Shown here: one piece after another, positions 47,201 through 56,542 of the stretch
Layout: every line of letters begins with the position of its first letter
Position numbering within the stretch: position 1 is the stretch's first letter
Source of the DNA: Candidatus Zhuqueibacterota bacterium
Lineage (GTDB): Bacteria; Electryoneota; RPQS01
Assembly: GCA_016214895.1 (NCBI GenBank)
Contig: JACRMR010000020.1
Coordinates: 41,812-105,811 of the forward strand
Reading direction: 5' to 3'
Length of the DNA: 64,000 nucleotides
The notes under the pieces: model-generated
Seen by the model: the letters and a program-made list of their open reading frames with translations, nothing else
What the model was told of the DNA's origin: nothing
Databases searched by the model: none
Translations under genes and position numbers: made by a program

Positions 47201-49237
47201 GCCTGGCACGACGGCTTCCGCGATTTCCCGATTCCGGCGCAGCAGGCTCCCAATGCCATGCTGGCCCCCTATTGGGATGACTTGCAGACTTCCGGCTCCG
47301 GGCAAGGCGTCTGGACCTACTACGATTCAACCAACCACCGTTACATCATTCAGTGGAAGGCGAAGGGCGGCAGCAGCTTCAGCACACAGCTGAATTTCGA
47401 GATCATCCTCTTCGACGAGGAGTTCCACCCGACGTTCGACGGCAACGGCAATATCCTCTTCCAGTACCAGACAGTGTCCCTGAATCTGCCGGGCATCGGC
47501 GGCGAGGCCGATGGTCAAACGATCGGCATTCAGGCTCCGCTTGGTCTGATCGGATTACCGATCTGCTACCAGCTCGCCCATACGCCGGGGTCGGCCACCG
47601 TTGCGAACAACCGTGCGATCCTCTTCTCCACTCAGGCGCGCAATCTGCTGGGCGACATCCAAGGCACGGTGCGCGATGCCGAAACCAACCTGCCGATGCC
47701 GGGCGTTCAGATCACGATCGACGGCCAGAACTACCTCGGCACTTCTAATGCTCAAGGATTCTACACGATTCCGGACATCCTGATTGGCAGCTACACGGTC
47801 CGCGCATCGTATCCGCGCTACAACGACGGCACGGTCGAAAACGTCATCATCGAGCTGGACAGTCTTGAGACGGTGGACTTCATAATGGTTCACCCGGAGT
47901 TTGCGCTGTCGCGGGACACGGTTCGCGTGTCAATCCCGAGTCAGCCGAGCGCGACGACCTTCCAGATCATCAATGACGGCAACGGTCCGCTCGACTATGC
48001 GCTGAACATCACCTATGCCGGCGACGTGAATCCCGATCCCTGGAACTTGCTGCTTGACGACGTGATTGAAGTGACTGGCTCCACCGGCGACCACCTGATT
48101 CTCGGCTGCGAATTTGTCGGCGACTTCTGGTGGATCTCCGGCGGTAACGGACCCGACGGCGACAATCTGCTTTACAAGTACAACTTGAACGGCGATCTCG
48201 TCGGTACTCTGGAGCAGCCGACCAGTTCCGCGTACGGTTGGTTTGATGTCTGCTGGGACGGCAACTACCTGTACGGATCGGATGACGACAACCTGACCGG
48301 AATCGATCTGACCAGCGGCCAAGTGATGAACCAGATTCCGATTCCGCTCAGCCCCGCCCGTGCGATCGCGTTCGATCCGGCCACCCAGACGTTCTGGATC
48401 GCGGATTATACGCACGACCTGTTCAAGGTCAACCGTCAGGGCCAGATTCTGCAACAAGTGGCCAATGCGGAAGGCCCGAATCAGTTAGCGATTACGGGTA
48501 TGACTTGGCGGGCCGACGATCCCGATGGGTACAAGCTCTATATCTTCAGCCAGAACGGCGCCGGCAGCCAGACGCGTGTGACTCGCATGAACACGCAAAC
48601 CCTGGCGCGCCAGACCGTGATCGACCTCGAGGCGAATCCCGGAGATCGCTCCGGCGGCTGCGCGATGACCGGCGGGTGGAACAGCACCTTGCTTGTGTTC
48701 GGCGCGATTCTGCAGAACTCGACGGGCGACCGCCTTGGCCTCTTCGAAGTCGATTTCAATACGACGTGGATTGATGTGACGCCGACGGCGACGACGATTC
48801 CCGGCGGCACCAGCCAGACCGTCAACGTGGTCTTCGACGGGGCCCAGTTGCGGCCGTTTGTCTATCGCGTCAACATCAACATGCACAGCGACGTGCTGGA
48901 TACGACCTATTCATTGCCGGTGGTCTTGACGGTCGAGGAGACCGCGGCGGAAGACGGTCCGCCCGCCCTCATCACCGAGTACAGGCTGTTCCAGAACTAC
49001 CCCAACCCGTTCAATCCGTCCACGTCGATCCGCTACGATCTGAAGGCCGCGGGTCACACGACCCTCGCCGTTTACAATGTCAACGGCCAGCAGGTGGCCA
49101 CGTTGATCGACGGCGTTCAGGAGGCCGGCGCCCACTCGGTTCACTTTGACGGCGCGGACCTGGCGAGTGGCGTGTACTTCTATCGACTGGAGAGCGCCGA
49201 CTTTGTCAGGGTTTCCAAGATGGTCTTGATGAAGTAA
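44249..49237 (+). CDS. Peptidase C25 (gingipain-like) family protein, 1663 aa, with a propeptide-like N-region, one copy of module X and a T9SS C-terminal sorting domain
   Basis: Internal Met MARVLRIILMAVSAITVSA (signal) with GGAGG RBS. Catalytic-region motifs NYDHTYALGNIGDD (His) and PIVMCVTCGANEF (Cys). C-terminus YPNPFNPSTSIRYDL...GVYFYRL. Confidence 0.7.
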   Translation: MARVLRIILMAVSAITVSAGYAAVSTPDARVGVPLFGDSPTPLGVSSPTPGLTTISLENPSVQMQEVTVDFQTYTSFGMAGEPWASVDGSPAVPQISRFYRIANTGGVDLVISNADYEILNDVDVLPFQWEEAAFGGLNRDEAVYSADQWYPEHVVEMSEPMILRDFRVVSVTLYPVQVNPATRQVRIYHSINVDLVGNENPAPNELLNPRRPSGNWVPLYNSVIVNLDDAALANATETPGSILIVSHNNSQATQWADSLARWKKRRGFDVTIDARSNWNVNTIRTAVQAAYANWDPPLEFVVIIGDPQWTFGITTDGGNYDHTYALGNIGDDLEDIGCGRLSGNSADQMATINAKIMAYERTPNMTDTQWYTKAFLYAGVANEIASNYTLMQWTAQQFRLNTGVQNCQVNWVNGHVDDNLVRTQLNGGVGYFFWRGSWLSQMETSLAGSCSNGTRLPIVMCVTCGANEFVSGLGIAESYLLAGTVSSLKGGVAAIGTSTSGTHAPPNGTFAGGLLYAITTQEIEHLGHALNAGKVWLPLTFGVGSSEAQSFTRWNNLMGDPSLSMWSRTPTVMSVTFESTIAVGTHSATFDVVDDQGIPVEDALVVLWKGTETYERGLTNAQGHLELPTSIQSAGDLLLTITKRDYVPYLATIACNAVDEHVALTSYTIDDDNSGGTSGNGNATLNPGETVDLPIYLKNYGGTATATGISAQLVSHNPKVTIATPSATYANLAPGDSALGSTAFRLVSSSTLLQDEVILLTLNVTAASGSTHSNFEIEAKSGRADFQTTQFTPSFAPGVTSQLRVTLHNGGVAELTGVTATLQSLSPFVAVDDDHGDYGTIAIGGNATNTADQFTLRANSLTFRGHVAPMLLLARTSNGHVDSVGFTVTVGNATVTDPTGPDVYGYYAYDNGDASYEMHPTFNYVDISAGLGTNLNINDIGEKTQVSQVWSAARALPFEFSYYGQVFDSITVCSNGWAAFGSQAWHDGFRDFPIPAQQAPNAMLAPYWDDLQTSGSGQGVWTYYDSTNHRYIIQWKAKGGSSFSTQLNFEIILFDEEFHPTFDGNGNILFQYQTVSLNLPGIGGEADGQTIGIQAPLGLIGLPICYQLAHTPGSATVANNRAILFSTQARNLLGDIQGTVRDAETNLPMPGVQITIDGQNYLGTSNAQGFYTIPDILIGSYTVRASYPRYNDGTVENVIIELDSLETVDFIMVHPEFALSRDTVRVSIPSQPSATTFQIINDGNGPLDYALNITYAGDVNPDPWNLLLDDVIEVTGSTGDHLILGCEFVGDFWWISGGNGPDGDNLLYKYNLNGDLVGTLEQPTSSAYGWFDVCWDGNYLYGSDDDNLTGIDLTSGQVMNQIPIPLSPARAIAFDPATQTFWIADYTHDLFKVNRQGQILQQVANAEGPNQLAITGMTWRADDPDGYKLYIFSQNGAGSQTRVTRMNTQTLARQTVIDLEANPGDRSGGCAMTGGWNSTLLVFGAILQNSTGDRLGLFEVDFNTTWIDVTPTATTIPGGTSQTVNVVFDGAQLRPFVYRVNINMHSDVLDTTYSLPVVLTVEETAAEDGPPALITEYRLFQNYPNPFNPSTSIRYDLKAAGHTTLAVYNVNGQQVATLIDGVQEAGAHSVHFDGADLASGVYFYRLESADFVRVSKMVLMK
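47006..47563 (+). repeat. Protein module X, copy 4 (within the C25 protein)
   Basis: YVDISAGLGTN...PFEFSYYGQVFDSITVCSNGWAAF...NAMLAPYWDDL...YIIQWKA...NFEIILFDE..GNILFQY. Confidence 0.5.
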
Positions 49238-49260
49238 GCGCAGATCAATCGCGTGGGTTC

Positions 49261-49290
49261 AAGGGGCACGGTCCGTCGTGCCCCTTTCCT
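49261..49290 (+). terminator. Rho-independent terminator after the C25 gene (stem aaggggcac/gtgcccctt, then TCCTTTTGG)
   Basis: 9-bp perfect stem, 8-nt loop, T-rich tail 24 nt after the stop. Confidence 0.55.
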
Positions 49291-49389
49291 TTTGGCCGGC
49301 TTTCCGGTGTTTTGGAACAACTTGCGCCTCTCCGGCGAATTTCCTAAATTGAAACTTATGTCAACGGCTTCAACAAACGTTCGCGCGGC

Positions 49390-50592
49390 ATGAGGATCGG
49401 CTACGTCCACAGCACGCCGTTTCCGTCGTTGGCCGCGAATGTGGTACAAGTCGTTCAGATGTGTCGGGCGTGGGGCGCGCTCGGGCACCACGTCACCTTG
49501 TTTATTCCGCGTGCGGACGCCTACAGCGACTCGGCGGCGGCACTCGCGGCTGCCGCGCAGATGTTCGGCGGAGCGCTGCCCTTTGAGGTGGAATACGTCG
49601 CTCGCAAGCGGCTCTGGGGCCGTCTTGATGTGCTGGGCAGTGTGGACGGAACGATCAGCGCCATTCGCGCGCGCAAGCCGGATCTCGTTTACACGCGCAA
49701 TCCATGGTCTGTCGAGTTTCTTCCCCGCACCGGCACGCCGTTCGTGTTTGAAGCTCACGAAGAGCATGTGCATGTCAAGTCGCATATTCTCGACTTGATG
49801 TTGCGCAACATGATTGTCCGCGCCTCTCAACGTCCTTCCTGTGCCTGTGTCGTCGCGATCTCCGCGGCCCTCGCGCGTATTTGGGAAGGCTACGGAGTTC
49901 CCCGTTCAAAGCTGCTCGCCGCGCATGACGGCGTGGATGCGGAGCTCTTCGGCCTTGATCTACCCGCCGCCGCTGCTCGCGCCGAATTGAGTTCCGCCGG
50001 ATTCGCGGGGTTGAGTCCTGCGGGTCGGGTGGTGGTTTACACGGGGGCGCTCCGCGCTGATCGCGGCGTTGATCAGATGCTCCGGGCCGCTCAACGGTTG
50101 GACACGCTCACCTTCTTCTTCATCGGTGGCACAGATCAGGAGTTGGCTCAGTGTCGCAAATCGGCGGCTGACCTTGGGCTTCGCAATGTGCACTTCCCCG
50201 GACGCGTCGCCCATCGTGAGATTCCCCATTGGCTCGCCGCGGCGGACATCTTGTTGATGATGTGGACCTCGAAAGTTCCGACGATGCGCGGGGCCTCGCC
50301 GATGAAGATGTTTGAGTATATGGCGGCGGATCGCCTGATTGTCGGACCGGCATTCCCCACCATTCGCGAAGTCCTCGAGAACGACAAAGACGCGGTGTTG
50401 TTCCAGCCGGACGACGCGGAGGCTTTGATCGCCGGTCTTGAACATGCCTGCGCGCTGCTCGACAGCGGAGGAGCCGCTTCGCTCGCCCGCTCCGCGCGCG
50501 AGAAAGTCCGGCGCGACTACACCTGGCGCACTCGTTGTCAACGTATTCTCGCGGCGCTGCCGCCGCTCGAAATACCGCTTCACGGATCATGA
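49390..50592 (+). CDS. Glycosyltransferase family 4 (GT-B, RfaG-like)
   Basis: C-terminal GT1/GT4 signature region ...SPMKMFEYMAADRLIVGP... (E-x7-E-like). Confidence 0.7.
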   Translation: MRIGYVHSTPFPSLAANVVQVVQMCRAWGALGHHVTLFIPRADAYSDSAAALAAAAQMFGGALPFEVEYVARKRLWGRLDVLGSVDGTISAIRARKPDLVYTRNPWSVEFLPRTGTPFVFEAHEEHVHVKSHILDLMLRNMIVRASQRPSCACVVAISAALARIWEGYGVPRSKLLAAHDGVDAELFGLDLPAAAARAELSSAGFAGLSPAGRVVVYTGALRADRGVDQMLRAAQRLDTLTFFFIGGTDQELAQCRKSAADLGLRNVHFPGRVAHREIPHWLAAADILLMMWTSKVPTMRGASPMKMFEYMAADRLIVGPAFPTIREVLENDKDAVLFQPDDAEALIAGLEHACALLDSGGAASLARSAREKVRRDYTWRTRCQRILAALPPLEIPLHGS

Positions 50593-51704
50593 ACATGGAT
50601 CAGCTTCGTCACGCGCTCGCCTACTCCTTTCTTGACGTCTCGCTCTATCATTATCTGCTCGCTCTGAGCTGTCTGGCCGGCGGCTGGGTCTTGCGGCAGA
50701 TCTTGATGGGCGCGTTGCGTCACGTCATGCACCTCTCGGCGAAGACCGAGACGGCCATCGATGACATTCTGATCGACGCGATTTCGAAACCGCTGTCGTT
50801 GATGTGCTTTGTGCTCGGCGTTTGGGCCGCGATCGAGGTCCTGCCGCTCTCGCCCGAGCTCATCAACTTCGCCCGTTTTGTCCGCGGCGGGGTGAAGGCG
50901 GTCACGGTGCTGGTAGTGGTCTGGTTTGCGCTGCGGCTGATCGACCGTTCTACCCGTCACATGCAGGAACGGGCGGTCGAGACCAAGTCGCCGATTCTCG
51001 ACTTCGTCCCGCTCTTTCGCAAAACCGCGAAGATCTTTCTGGTTCTGATCGGGATTCTGATTATCATTCAGGACCTCGGCTATTCCGTGGCTTCGCTGAT
51101 CGCCGGACTGGGTCTGGGCGGTCTCGCGCTCGGTCTCGCGGCGAAGGACACGCTGGCAAACTTCTTCGGCAGCGTGGTGATCTTCGTGGATCGCCCGTTC
51201 ACGCGCGGTGACTGGATCAAGATCGGCGAGCATGACGGTGTGGTGGAAGAGATCAGCATTCGGGTCACTCGGATCCGCACGTTTCAGGACAGCCTGATCA
51301 CCATCCCCAACGCGCAATTGACCACGACGCCGATCATCAACTGGACGGCCATGCGCAAGCGCCGCGTCAGGTTCTCGATCGACGTGGCCCCCGACACGCC
51401 GCCGCGCCTCGTGGAACAAGTCGTGGCGGCGATTCGCGACTGGATCTTATCCGATGCGCGCTTCCTGGCGGACGGCCTTACCGTGGCGGTAACCGCCCTC
51501 AACAACTACAGTCTCAACGTGCTGGTGAATGCTTATACCGCCACCGCGGAGTACCCGCCGTTCGTCGCGGCGCAGCAGGACCTCCTGTTGAACGCACTGC
51601 GGATTCTGCGCGAGCATGAAATCGCGTTGGCCTTCCCCACGCAGACGCTAAACGTGTCGCATGAGTCCGCCCTGGTTTCCCGGTCGTCCAGCGCGGAGTC
51701 ATGA
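50589..51704 (+). CDS. Small-conductance mechanosensitive channel (MscS family)
   Basis: MscS TM3/beta-domain signature LGLGGLALGLAAKDTLANFFGSVVIFVDRPFTRGDWIKIGEHDGVVEEISIRVTRIRT. Confidence 0.8.
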   Translation: MNMDQLRHALAYSFLDVSLYHYLLALSCLAGGWVLRQILMGALRHVMHLSAKTETAIDDILIDAISKPLSLMCFVLGVWAAIEVLPLSPELINFARFVRGGVKAVTVLVVVWFALRLIDRSTRHMQERAVETKSPILDFVPLFRKTAKIFLVLIGILIIIQDLGYSVASLIAGLGLGGLALGLAAKDTLANFFGSVVIFVDRPFTRGDWIKIGEHDGVVEEISIRVTRIRTFQDSLITIPNAQLTTTPIINWTAMRKRRVRFSIDVAPDTPPRLVEQVVAAIRDWILSDARFLADGLTVAVTALNNYSLNVLVNAYTATAEYPPFVAAQQDLLLNALRILREHEIALAFPTQTLNVSHESALVSRSSSAES

Positions 51705-54391
51705 GTAGTTCTGCGTCCACGGTCGGCGCCGAACTTCGCCGCCTGCAAGAGTGCCGCGATCAGGGAGTACCGTGGAAACAGTGGGGACCTTATCTCGCGG
51801 ACCGCCAATGGGGCACGGTGCGTGAAGACTACTCTCCCGACGGCGACGCCTGGGCGTTCTTGCCGCATGATCACGCCCGCAGCAAAGCCTATCGCTGGGG
51901 TGAAGACGGCATCGGCGGATTCTCCGATGACGAGCAGACGCTTTGCCTCGGGCTCGCGCTCTGGAACGGCAACGATCCGATCATCAAGGAGCGTTTTTTC
52001 GGCTTGACCGGACCCGAAGGGAATCACGGAGAGGATGTCAAGGAATACTACTACTATCTTGACGCCACCCCCTCGCACTCCTATCAACGGCTGCTTTACA
52101 AGTATCCGCAACGCGAGTTCCCGTATGCCGAACTCGCGCGGCAGAATCGTCGTCGCACGCGTCAGGAGCACGAGTATGAGTTGATCGACACCGGAATCTT
52201 TGCGGATCATCGCTACTTTGACGTTTTTATCGAATACGCCAAAGCCGCGCCGGACGACCTCCTGCTGCGCGTCACGGCCTGGAATCGGGGGCCGGATTCC
52301 GCGCGACTCCACCTGCTCCCTCACGTCTGGTTTCGGAATGACCTGACCTGGACTGACGCCACTCGCCGACCCGTGCTGCGCGCCGTCTCCGCGGATTCAA
52401 TTTCCGTGTATCACCACCGGCTCGGCGAATTCGTCTGCTATCTGGATGGCTCGCCTGACTTGCTGTTCTGCGAGAACGAGACGAATTACCGCCGGCTTTA
52501 CGGCCTGGATCGGGGCGGTCCGTTTTTCAAGGACGGCATCAACAACTATCTGGTTCACAACCACCGCGCCGCCGTGAATCACGCGGGCGTCGGCACGAAG
52601 GCCGCCGCCGGTTACGAACACCGGATCGGCCCCGGGGCCTCGGCGACGATTCACTTGCGCCTGACCCGCGCCGCGCGCTCCGCTCCGTTTGCGGATGTCG
52701 CTGCGGTCTTCGATCAGCGCCTGGCTGAGGCCGACGAGTTTTATGACCATATTCACGCGGAGCTGACCGATTCGGACATGCGCCGCGTACAACGACAGGC
52801 ACTCGCGGGAATGCTCTGGTCCAAGCAGTACTACGCGTACGACGTCACGCGCTGGCTGGAGGGCGACCGCGATCGGCCGCCGCCGCCCGAATCGCGCAAA
52901 CATGGCCGCAACCGTGACTGGCCGCACGTGAGCGTCGGCGACGTGATTTCCATGCCGGACAAATGGGAGTATCCGTGGTTCGCGGCCTGGGATCTCGCCT
53001 TCCATTGCATTCCCTTGGCCATGGTCGATGCCGAATTCGCCAAACAGCAGTTGTTGTTGCTGACGCGGGAATGGTACATGCACCCCAACGGACAGTTGCC
53101 GGCCTACGAATGGCAATTCGGTGATGTCAATCCGCCCGTGCACGCCTGGGCGACCTGGCGCGTGTACAAGGTGGACAAGAAGGCCAACGACGGTCGCGGC
53201 GATCTCGCTTTTCTGGAGCGCGTGTACCACAAGCTCCTGATGAATTTCACGTGGTGGGTCAACCGCAAGGACGCGGAAGGCAACAACATCTTTCAAGGCG
53301 GCTTTCTCGGGCTGGATAACATCGGCGTCTTTGACCGCAGCTCCGCGCTGCCGACCGGCGGGTCGCTCGAACAGTGCGACGGCACGAGCTGGATGGCGAT
53401 GTACTGCTTGAACATGATGCGCATCGCGCTCGAGCTTTCGCGCGTCAATCCGTCCTATCAGGACATGGCCACCAAGTTCTTCGAGCACTTTCTGCGCGTC
53501 GCCGCGGCGCTGGCGAATCTGGGCGGCCAGGGCATCAATTTGTGGGATGAGCGGGATGAGTTCTTCTACGATGTGCTTCACACTCCCGACCACCAGCTCG
53601 TTCCCCTCCGGGTTCGTTCCATTGTCGGGTTGATCCCGCTCTTCGCCGTGGAAACACTGGAACCCGACTACCTGCATACGACACCCGCGTTCAAGCAGCG
53701 CGTCGAGTGGCTGATGGAGAACCGTCCGGAACTTGCGGACCTCGTCTCACGTTGGGAGCAGACGGGCGCTGGAGATCGTCACTTGCTGTCGCTGCTGCGC
53801 GGTCACCGCTTGAAGTGCCTGTTGCGCCGCATGCTCGACGAAAGCGAATTTCTTTCGCCCTATGGAATACGCGCACTCTCCAAGATTCACGAGCGCGAGC
53901 CCTATCATTTTCACGCGAACGGAGACACCTTCACGGTCGCCTACCGCCCCGGTGAATCGGACACGGGTCTGTTTGGCGGCAACTCCAATTGGCGCGGCCC
54001 GGTTTGGTTTCCGTTGAACTATTTGATCATCGAGTCACTGCAGAAATTCTATCATTATTACGGCCCCGACTTCAAGGTCGAGTGCCCGACGCACTCCGGC
54101 AACTACCTGACGATTCTGGAGATCTCCGAAGAGCTGACCCGTCGGCTCGGCACCATCTTCCTGCGCGACGCGAACGGCCGCCGCCCGGTCTTCGGCCACC
54201 ATGAGCAGTTCCATCACGACCCGCATTTTCGCGATCATGTCCCCTTCTACGAGTATTTCCACGGCGACAATGGCCGGGGCGTCGGCGCGTCCCATCAAAC
54301 GGGTTGGACCGGCCTGATCGCCAAACTCCTGCATCCACGCAAGGACCGCGAGGACATCCACGCCGAGTCCGCCGGAGGTTCTGCTACATGA
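51701..54391 (+). CDS. (alpha/alpha)6-barrel glycoside hydrolase, GH63/MGH1/GDE_C-like (896 aa)
   Basis: Size and WDxAF-type motif ([13 protein letters not shown]) with Trp/acidic-rich barrel segments. The family call is by resemblance, not by search. Confidence 0.45.
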   Translation: MSSSASTVGAELRRLQECRDQGVPWKQWGPYLADRQWGTVREDYSPDGDAWAFLPHDHARSKAYRWGEDGIGGFSDDEQTLCLGLALWNGNDPIIKERFFGLTGPEGNHGEDVKEYYYYLDATPSHSYQRLLYKYPQREFPYAELARQNRRRTRQEHEYELIDTGIFADHRYFDVFIEYAKAAPDDLLLRVTAWNRGPDSARLHLLPHVWFRNDLTWTDATRRPVLRAVSADSISVYHHRLGEFVCYLDGSPDLLFCENETNYRRLYGLDRGGPFFKDGINNYLVHNHRAAVNHAGVGTKAAAGYEHRIGPGASATIHLRLTRAARSAPFADVAAVFDQRLAEADEFYDHIHAELTDSDMRRVQRQALAGMLWSKQYYAYDVTRWLEGDRDRPPPPESRKHGRNRDWPHVSVGDVISMPDKWEYPWFAAWDLAFHCIPLAMVDAEFAKQQLLLLTREWYMHPNGQLPAYEWQFGDVNPPVHAWATWRVYKVDKKANDGRGDLAFLERVYHKLLMNFTWWVNRKDAEGNNIFQGGFLGLDNIGVFDRSSALPTGGSLEQCDGTSWMAMYCLNMMRIALELSRVNPSYQDMATKFFEHFLRVAAALANLGGQGINLWDERDEFFYDVLHTPDHQLVPLRVRSIVGLIPLFAVETLEPDYLHTTPAFKQRVEWLMENRPELADLVSRWEQTGAGDRHLLSLLRGHRLKCLLRRMLDESEFLSPYGIRALSKIHEREPYHFHANGDTFTVAYRPGESDTGLFGGNSNWRGPVWFPLNYLIIESLQKFYHYYGPDFKVECPTHSGNYLTILEISEELTRRLGTIFLRDANGRRPVFGHHEQFHHDPHFRDHVPFYEYFHGDNGRGVGASHQTGWTGLIAKLLHPRKDREDIHAESAGGSAT

Positions 54392-54409
54392 TGCCATTTG
54401 CATAGTGGT

Positions 54410-54486
54410 CCCTGTTCCTTGTTCCTTGTTCCTTGTTCCTTGTTCCTTGTTCCTTGTTCCTTGTTCCCTGTTCCTTGTTCCTTGTT
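54410..54486 (+). repeat. Heptanucleotide tandem repeat (CCTTGTT)x11 (two CCCTGTT variants) in the ettA 5' region
   Basis: Read directly: ccctgtt ccttgtt x6 ccctgtt ccttgtt ccttgtt; lies between the GH stop (54391) and the ettA ATG (54523). Confidence 0.85.
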
Positions 54487-54522
54487 TCATCCCTCCGCCC
54501 TCATCCCTCATCCCTTTCTTCC

Positions 54523-56196
54523 ATGGCCCCTCAGTTCGCCTTCGTCATTCAAGGTCTGAAAAAGTTCTATAATGGTCAGAAGGTCCTCGACGACATCAAT
54601 CTGGCCTTCTATCCGGGCGCGAAGATCGGCGTCGTCGGTGACAATGGTTCCGGCAAGTCAACACTCCTGCGCATTATGGCCGGCCTTGACAAGGAGTATC
54701 AGGGATTGGCCGAACCGCACAAGGGCGTGCGCGCGGTGCTTGTCGCGCAGGAGCCGGACATCGATCTTGCCAAGACGGTTCGTGAAAACGTCGAAGTTGC
54801 CTTTGCCAAGGTTCGCGATCTGATCGACCGCTACAACAAACTCGCCGAGGACATGGCCGCCATGGACGGCGACGAGATGGAAAAGGCGCTGGAGAAGATG
54901 CAGCGCTTACAGGACGAGATCGAGCAGGTGGATGGCTGGAACCTTGACCATCAGATTGAGGTCGCGTCTGACGCGCTCTTTCTGCCCGACGGCGACACCC
55001 CCTCCGCGGTGCTTTCCGGCGGGGAGCGGCGCCGCGTGGCGCTCTGCCAAGCCCTGTTAGAGAAACCCGACATTCTGCTGCTGGACGAGCCGACCAACCA
55101 CCTCGATGCCGAAACCGTCGAGTGGCTGGAGAAGCAACTCAAGGAGTTTCCCGGCACCGTGATTATCGTCACGCACGACCGCTACTTTCTTGATAATATC
55201 ACGAAGTGGATTCTCGAACTGGACAACGGTCGCGGGATTCCGTGGGAGGGCAACTACTCCTCGTGGCTCAAGCAGAAGATCGATCAGCTCGACTTGCAGG
55301 AAAAGAAGGACACGATCCGCTTGGCCGTACTCAAGCGCGAACTCGCCTGGATCAATCTGAACCAGCGCGACCGTCTGATTGAAAGCCGTAAGCATGTCGA
55401 GGAGTACGAGCGTCGTTCCAAGGAACTGTTCGACCTGCACCTGCAATCCATGGACATCCAGATTGCTCCGGGTCCGCGGCTCGGCGAGGTGGTGCTGGAG
55501 CTGAAAAACCTCTGCAAGGGCTACTCCGCTGCGCCGCTGATCAAGGACTTTACCATGTCCGTTCCGCCCGGTAGCGTGATCGGCGTCATCGGCCCCAACG
55601 GCGTCGGCAAGACCACGCTGTTCCGGCTGCTGACCGGCGAGGAACAACCGGATTCCGGCGACATGCACTTCGGGCAAACGGTGACGCTGTCCTATGTCAG
55701 TCAGATGCGCGACGATCTTTCAAATGAGAACACCGTATTCGAGGAGATCACCGGCAACGCCGACACGATTGTGATGGGCGACCGCGAGATTCCGTCACGC
55801 GCCTATGTCTCCAAATTTAATTTCCGCGGCACGACGCACCAGAAGAAGGTCGGCTTGCTTTCCGGCGGTGAACGCAATCGCGTTCACCTCGCCAAGCTCT
55901 TGAAGATGGGGGGCAATTTTCTCTTGCTCGACGAGCCCTCCAACGATCTCGACGTGACCACGCTCCGCATGCTGGAGAACGCGATTCTCGATTTTCCCGG
56001 CTGTGTGATGGTCATCAGCCATGACCGTTTCTTCCTCGATCGCATCTGCACGCACATCCTCGCCTTCGAGGGTAATGGCTACGTGCGCTGGTTTGAGGGG
56101 AACTTCCACGCCTATCAGGAACGCCGTCAGCAGGAACTCGGCAGCTTGACGAACCGGCCGCGCCGCAGCATGTACCGCAAGCTCTCGCTCTCCTGA
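54523..56196 (+). CDS. ettA: ABC-F ATPase, energy-dependent translational throttle protein EttA
   Basis: N-terminus ...KKFYNGQKVLDDINLAFYPGAKIGVVGDNGSGKSTLLRIMAG parallels the EttA N-terminus. Two ABC domains (Walker A GPNGVGKTT; signature LSGGE x2). Confidence 0.85.
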   Translation: MAPQFAFVIQGLKKFYNGQKVLDDINLAFYPGAKIGVVGDNGSGKSTLLRIMAGLDKEYQGLAEPHKGVRAVLVAQEPDIDLAKTVRENVEVAFAKVRDLIDRYNKLAEDMAAMDGDEMEKALEKMQRLQDEIEQVDGWNLDHQIEVASDALFLPDGDTPSAVLSGGERRRVALCQALLEKPDILLLDEPTNHLDAETVEWLEKQLKEFPGTVIIVTHDRYFLDNITKWILELDNGRGIPWEGNYSSWLKQKIDQLDLQEKKDTIRLAVLKRELAWINLNQRDRLIESRKHVEEYERRSKELFDLHLQSMDIQIAPGPRLGEVVLELKNLCKGYSAAPLIKDFTMSVPPGSVIGVIGPNGVGKTTLFRLLTGEEQPDSGDMHFGQTVTLSYVSQMRDDLSNENTVFEEITGNADTIVMGDREIPSRAYVSKFNFRGTTHQKKVGLLSGGERNRVHLAKLLKMGGNFLLLDEPSNDLDVTTLRMLENAILDFPGCVMVISHDRFFLDRICTHILAFEGNGYVRWFEGNFHAYQERRQQELGSLTNRPRRSMYRKLSLS

Positions 56197-56220
56197 GATG
56201 TTGTCGAATCGGCCTCACAC

Positions 56221-56246
56221 ACGAGGGTGCCGCTTGGCACCCTCGT
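56221..56246 (+). terminator. Rho-independent terminator after ettA (11-bp stem acgagggtgcc/ggcaccctcgt, GCTT loop, U-rich tail)
   Basis: Perfect stem about 25 nt after the stop, followed by ctgctctttgcc. Confidence 0.55.
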
Positions 56247-56275
56247 CTGCTCTTTGCCGAACCGGGCACTGACCT

Positions 56276-56400
56276 CCGCCGAGCAGGGATTCCTTCCCTG
56301 CCGGAATCTCGCTCAGCCACTGCTTTTCGCCGCGGCATGTGTCTCCACATGCCCGGAATCGGCATCTTCCGCCGAGCAGGGATTCCTTCCCTGCTGGAAT
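56276..56400 (+). repeat. REP-like structured intergenic repeat: two copies of a ~30-nt unit (CCGCCGAGCAGGGATTCCTTCCCTGCYGGAAT) flanking a perfect 8-bp-stem hairpin (ggcatgtg-tctc-cacatgcc)
   Basis: Copies at about 56276-56307 and 56369-56400. Each has an internal 6-bp stem (caggga...tccctg). The hairpin is at about 56334-56353. Confidence 0.5.
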
Positions 56401-56542
56401 TGTCAGAACCACCGAGTGCTTGCCTCGCCGTGCCGGGTCGGGGTCGGCCGCCACCCGCCCGGGATCAGACATCGTCGCACCATCTTATATCATTATAAAT
56501 AAAATATTAGCTTCCGGAATCCAAAGGGAACCAAACGTAGCC

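Noticed and set aside
54410-54486. Possible CRISPR array (regular short repeats)
   Set aside because: The units are a 7-bp contiguous microsatellite with no spacers, and there are no cas genes nearby. It is not a CRISPR.
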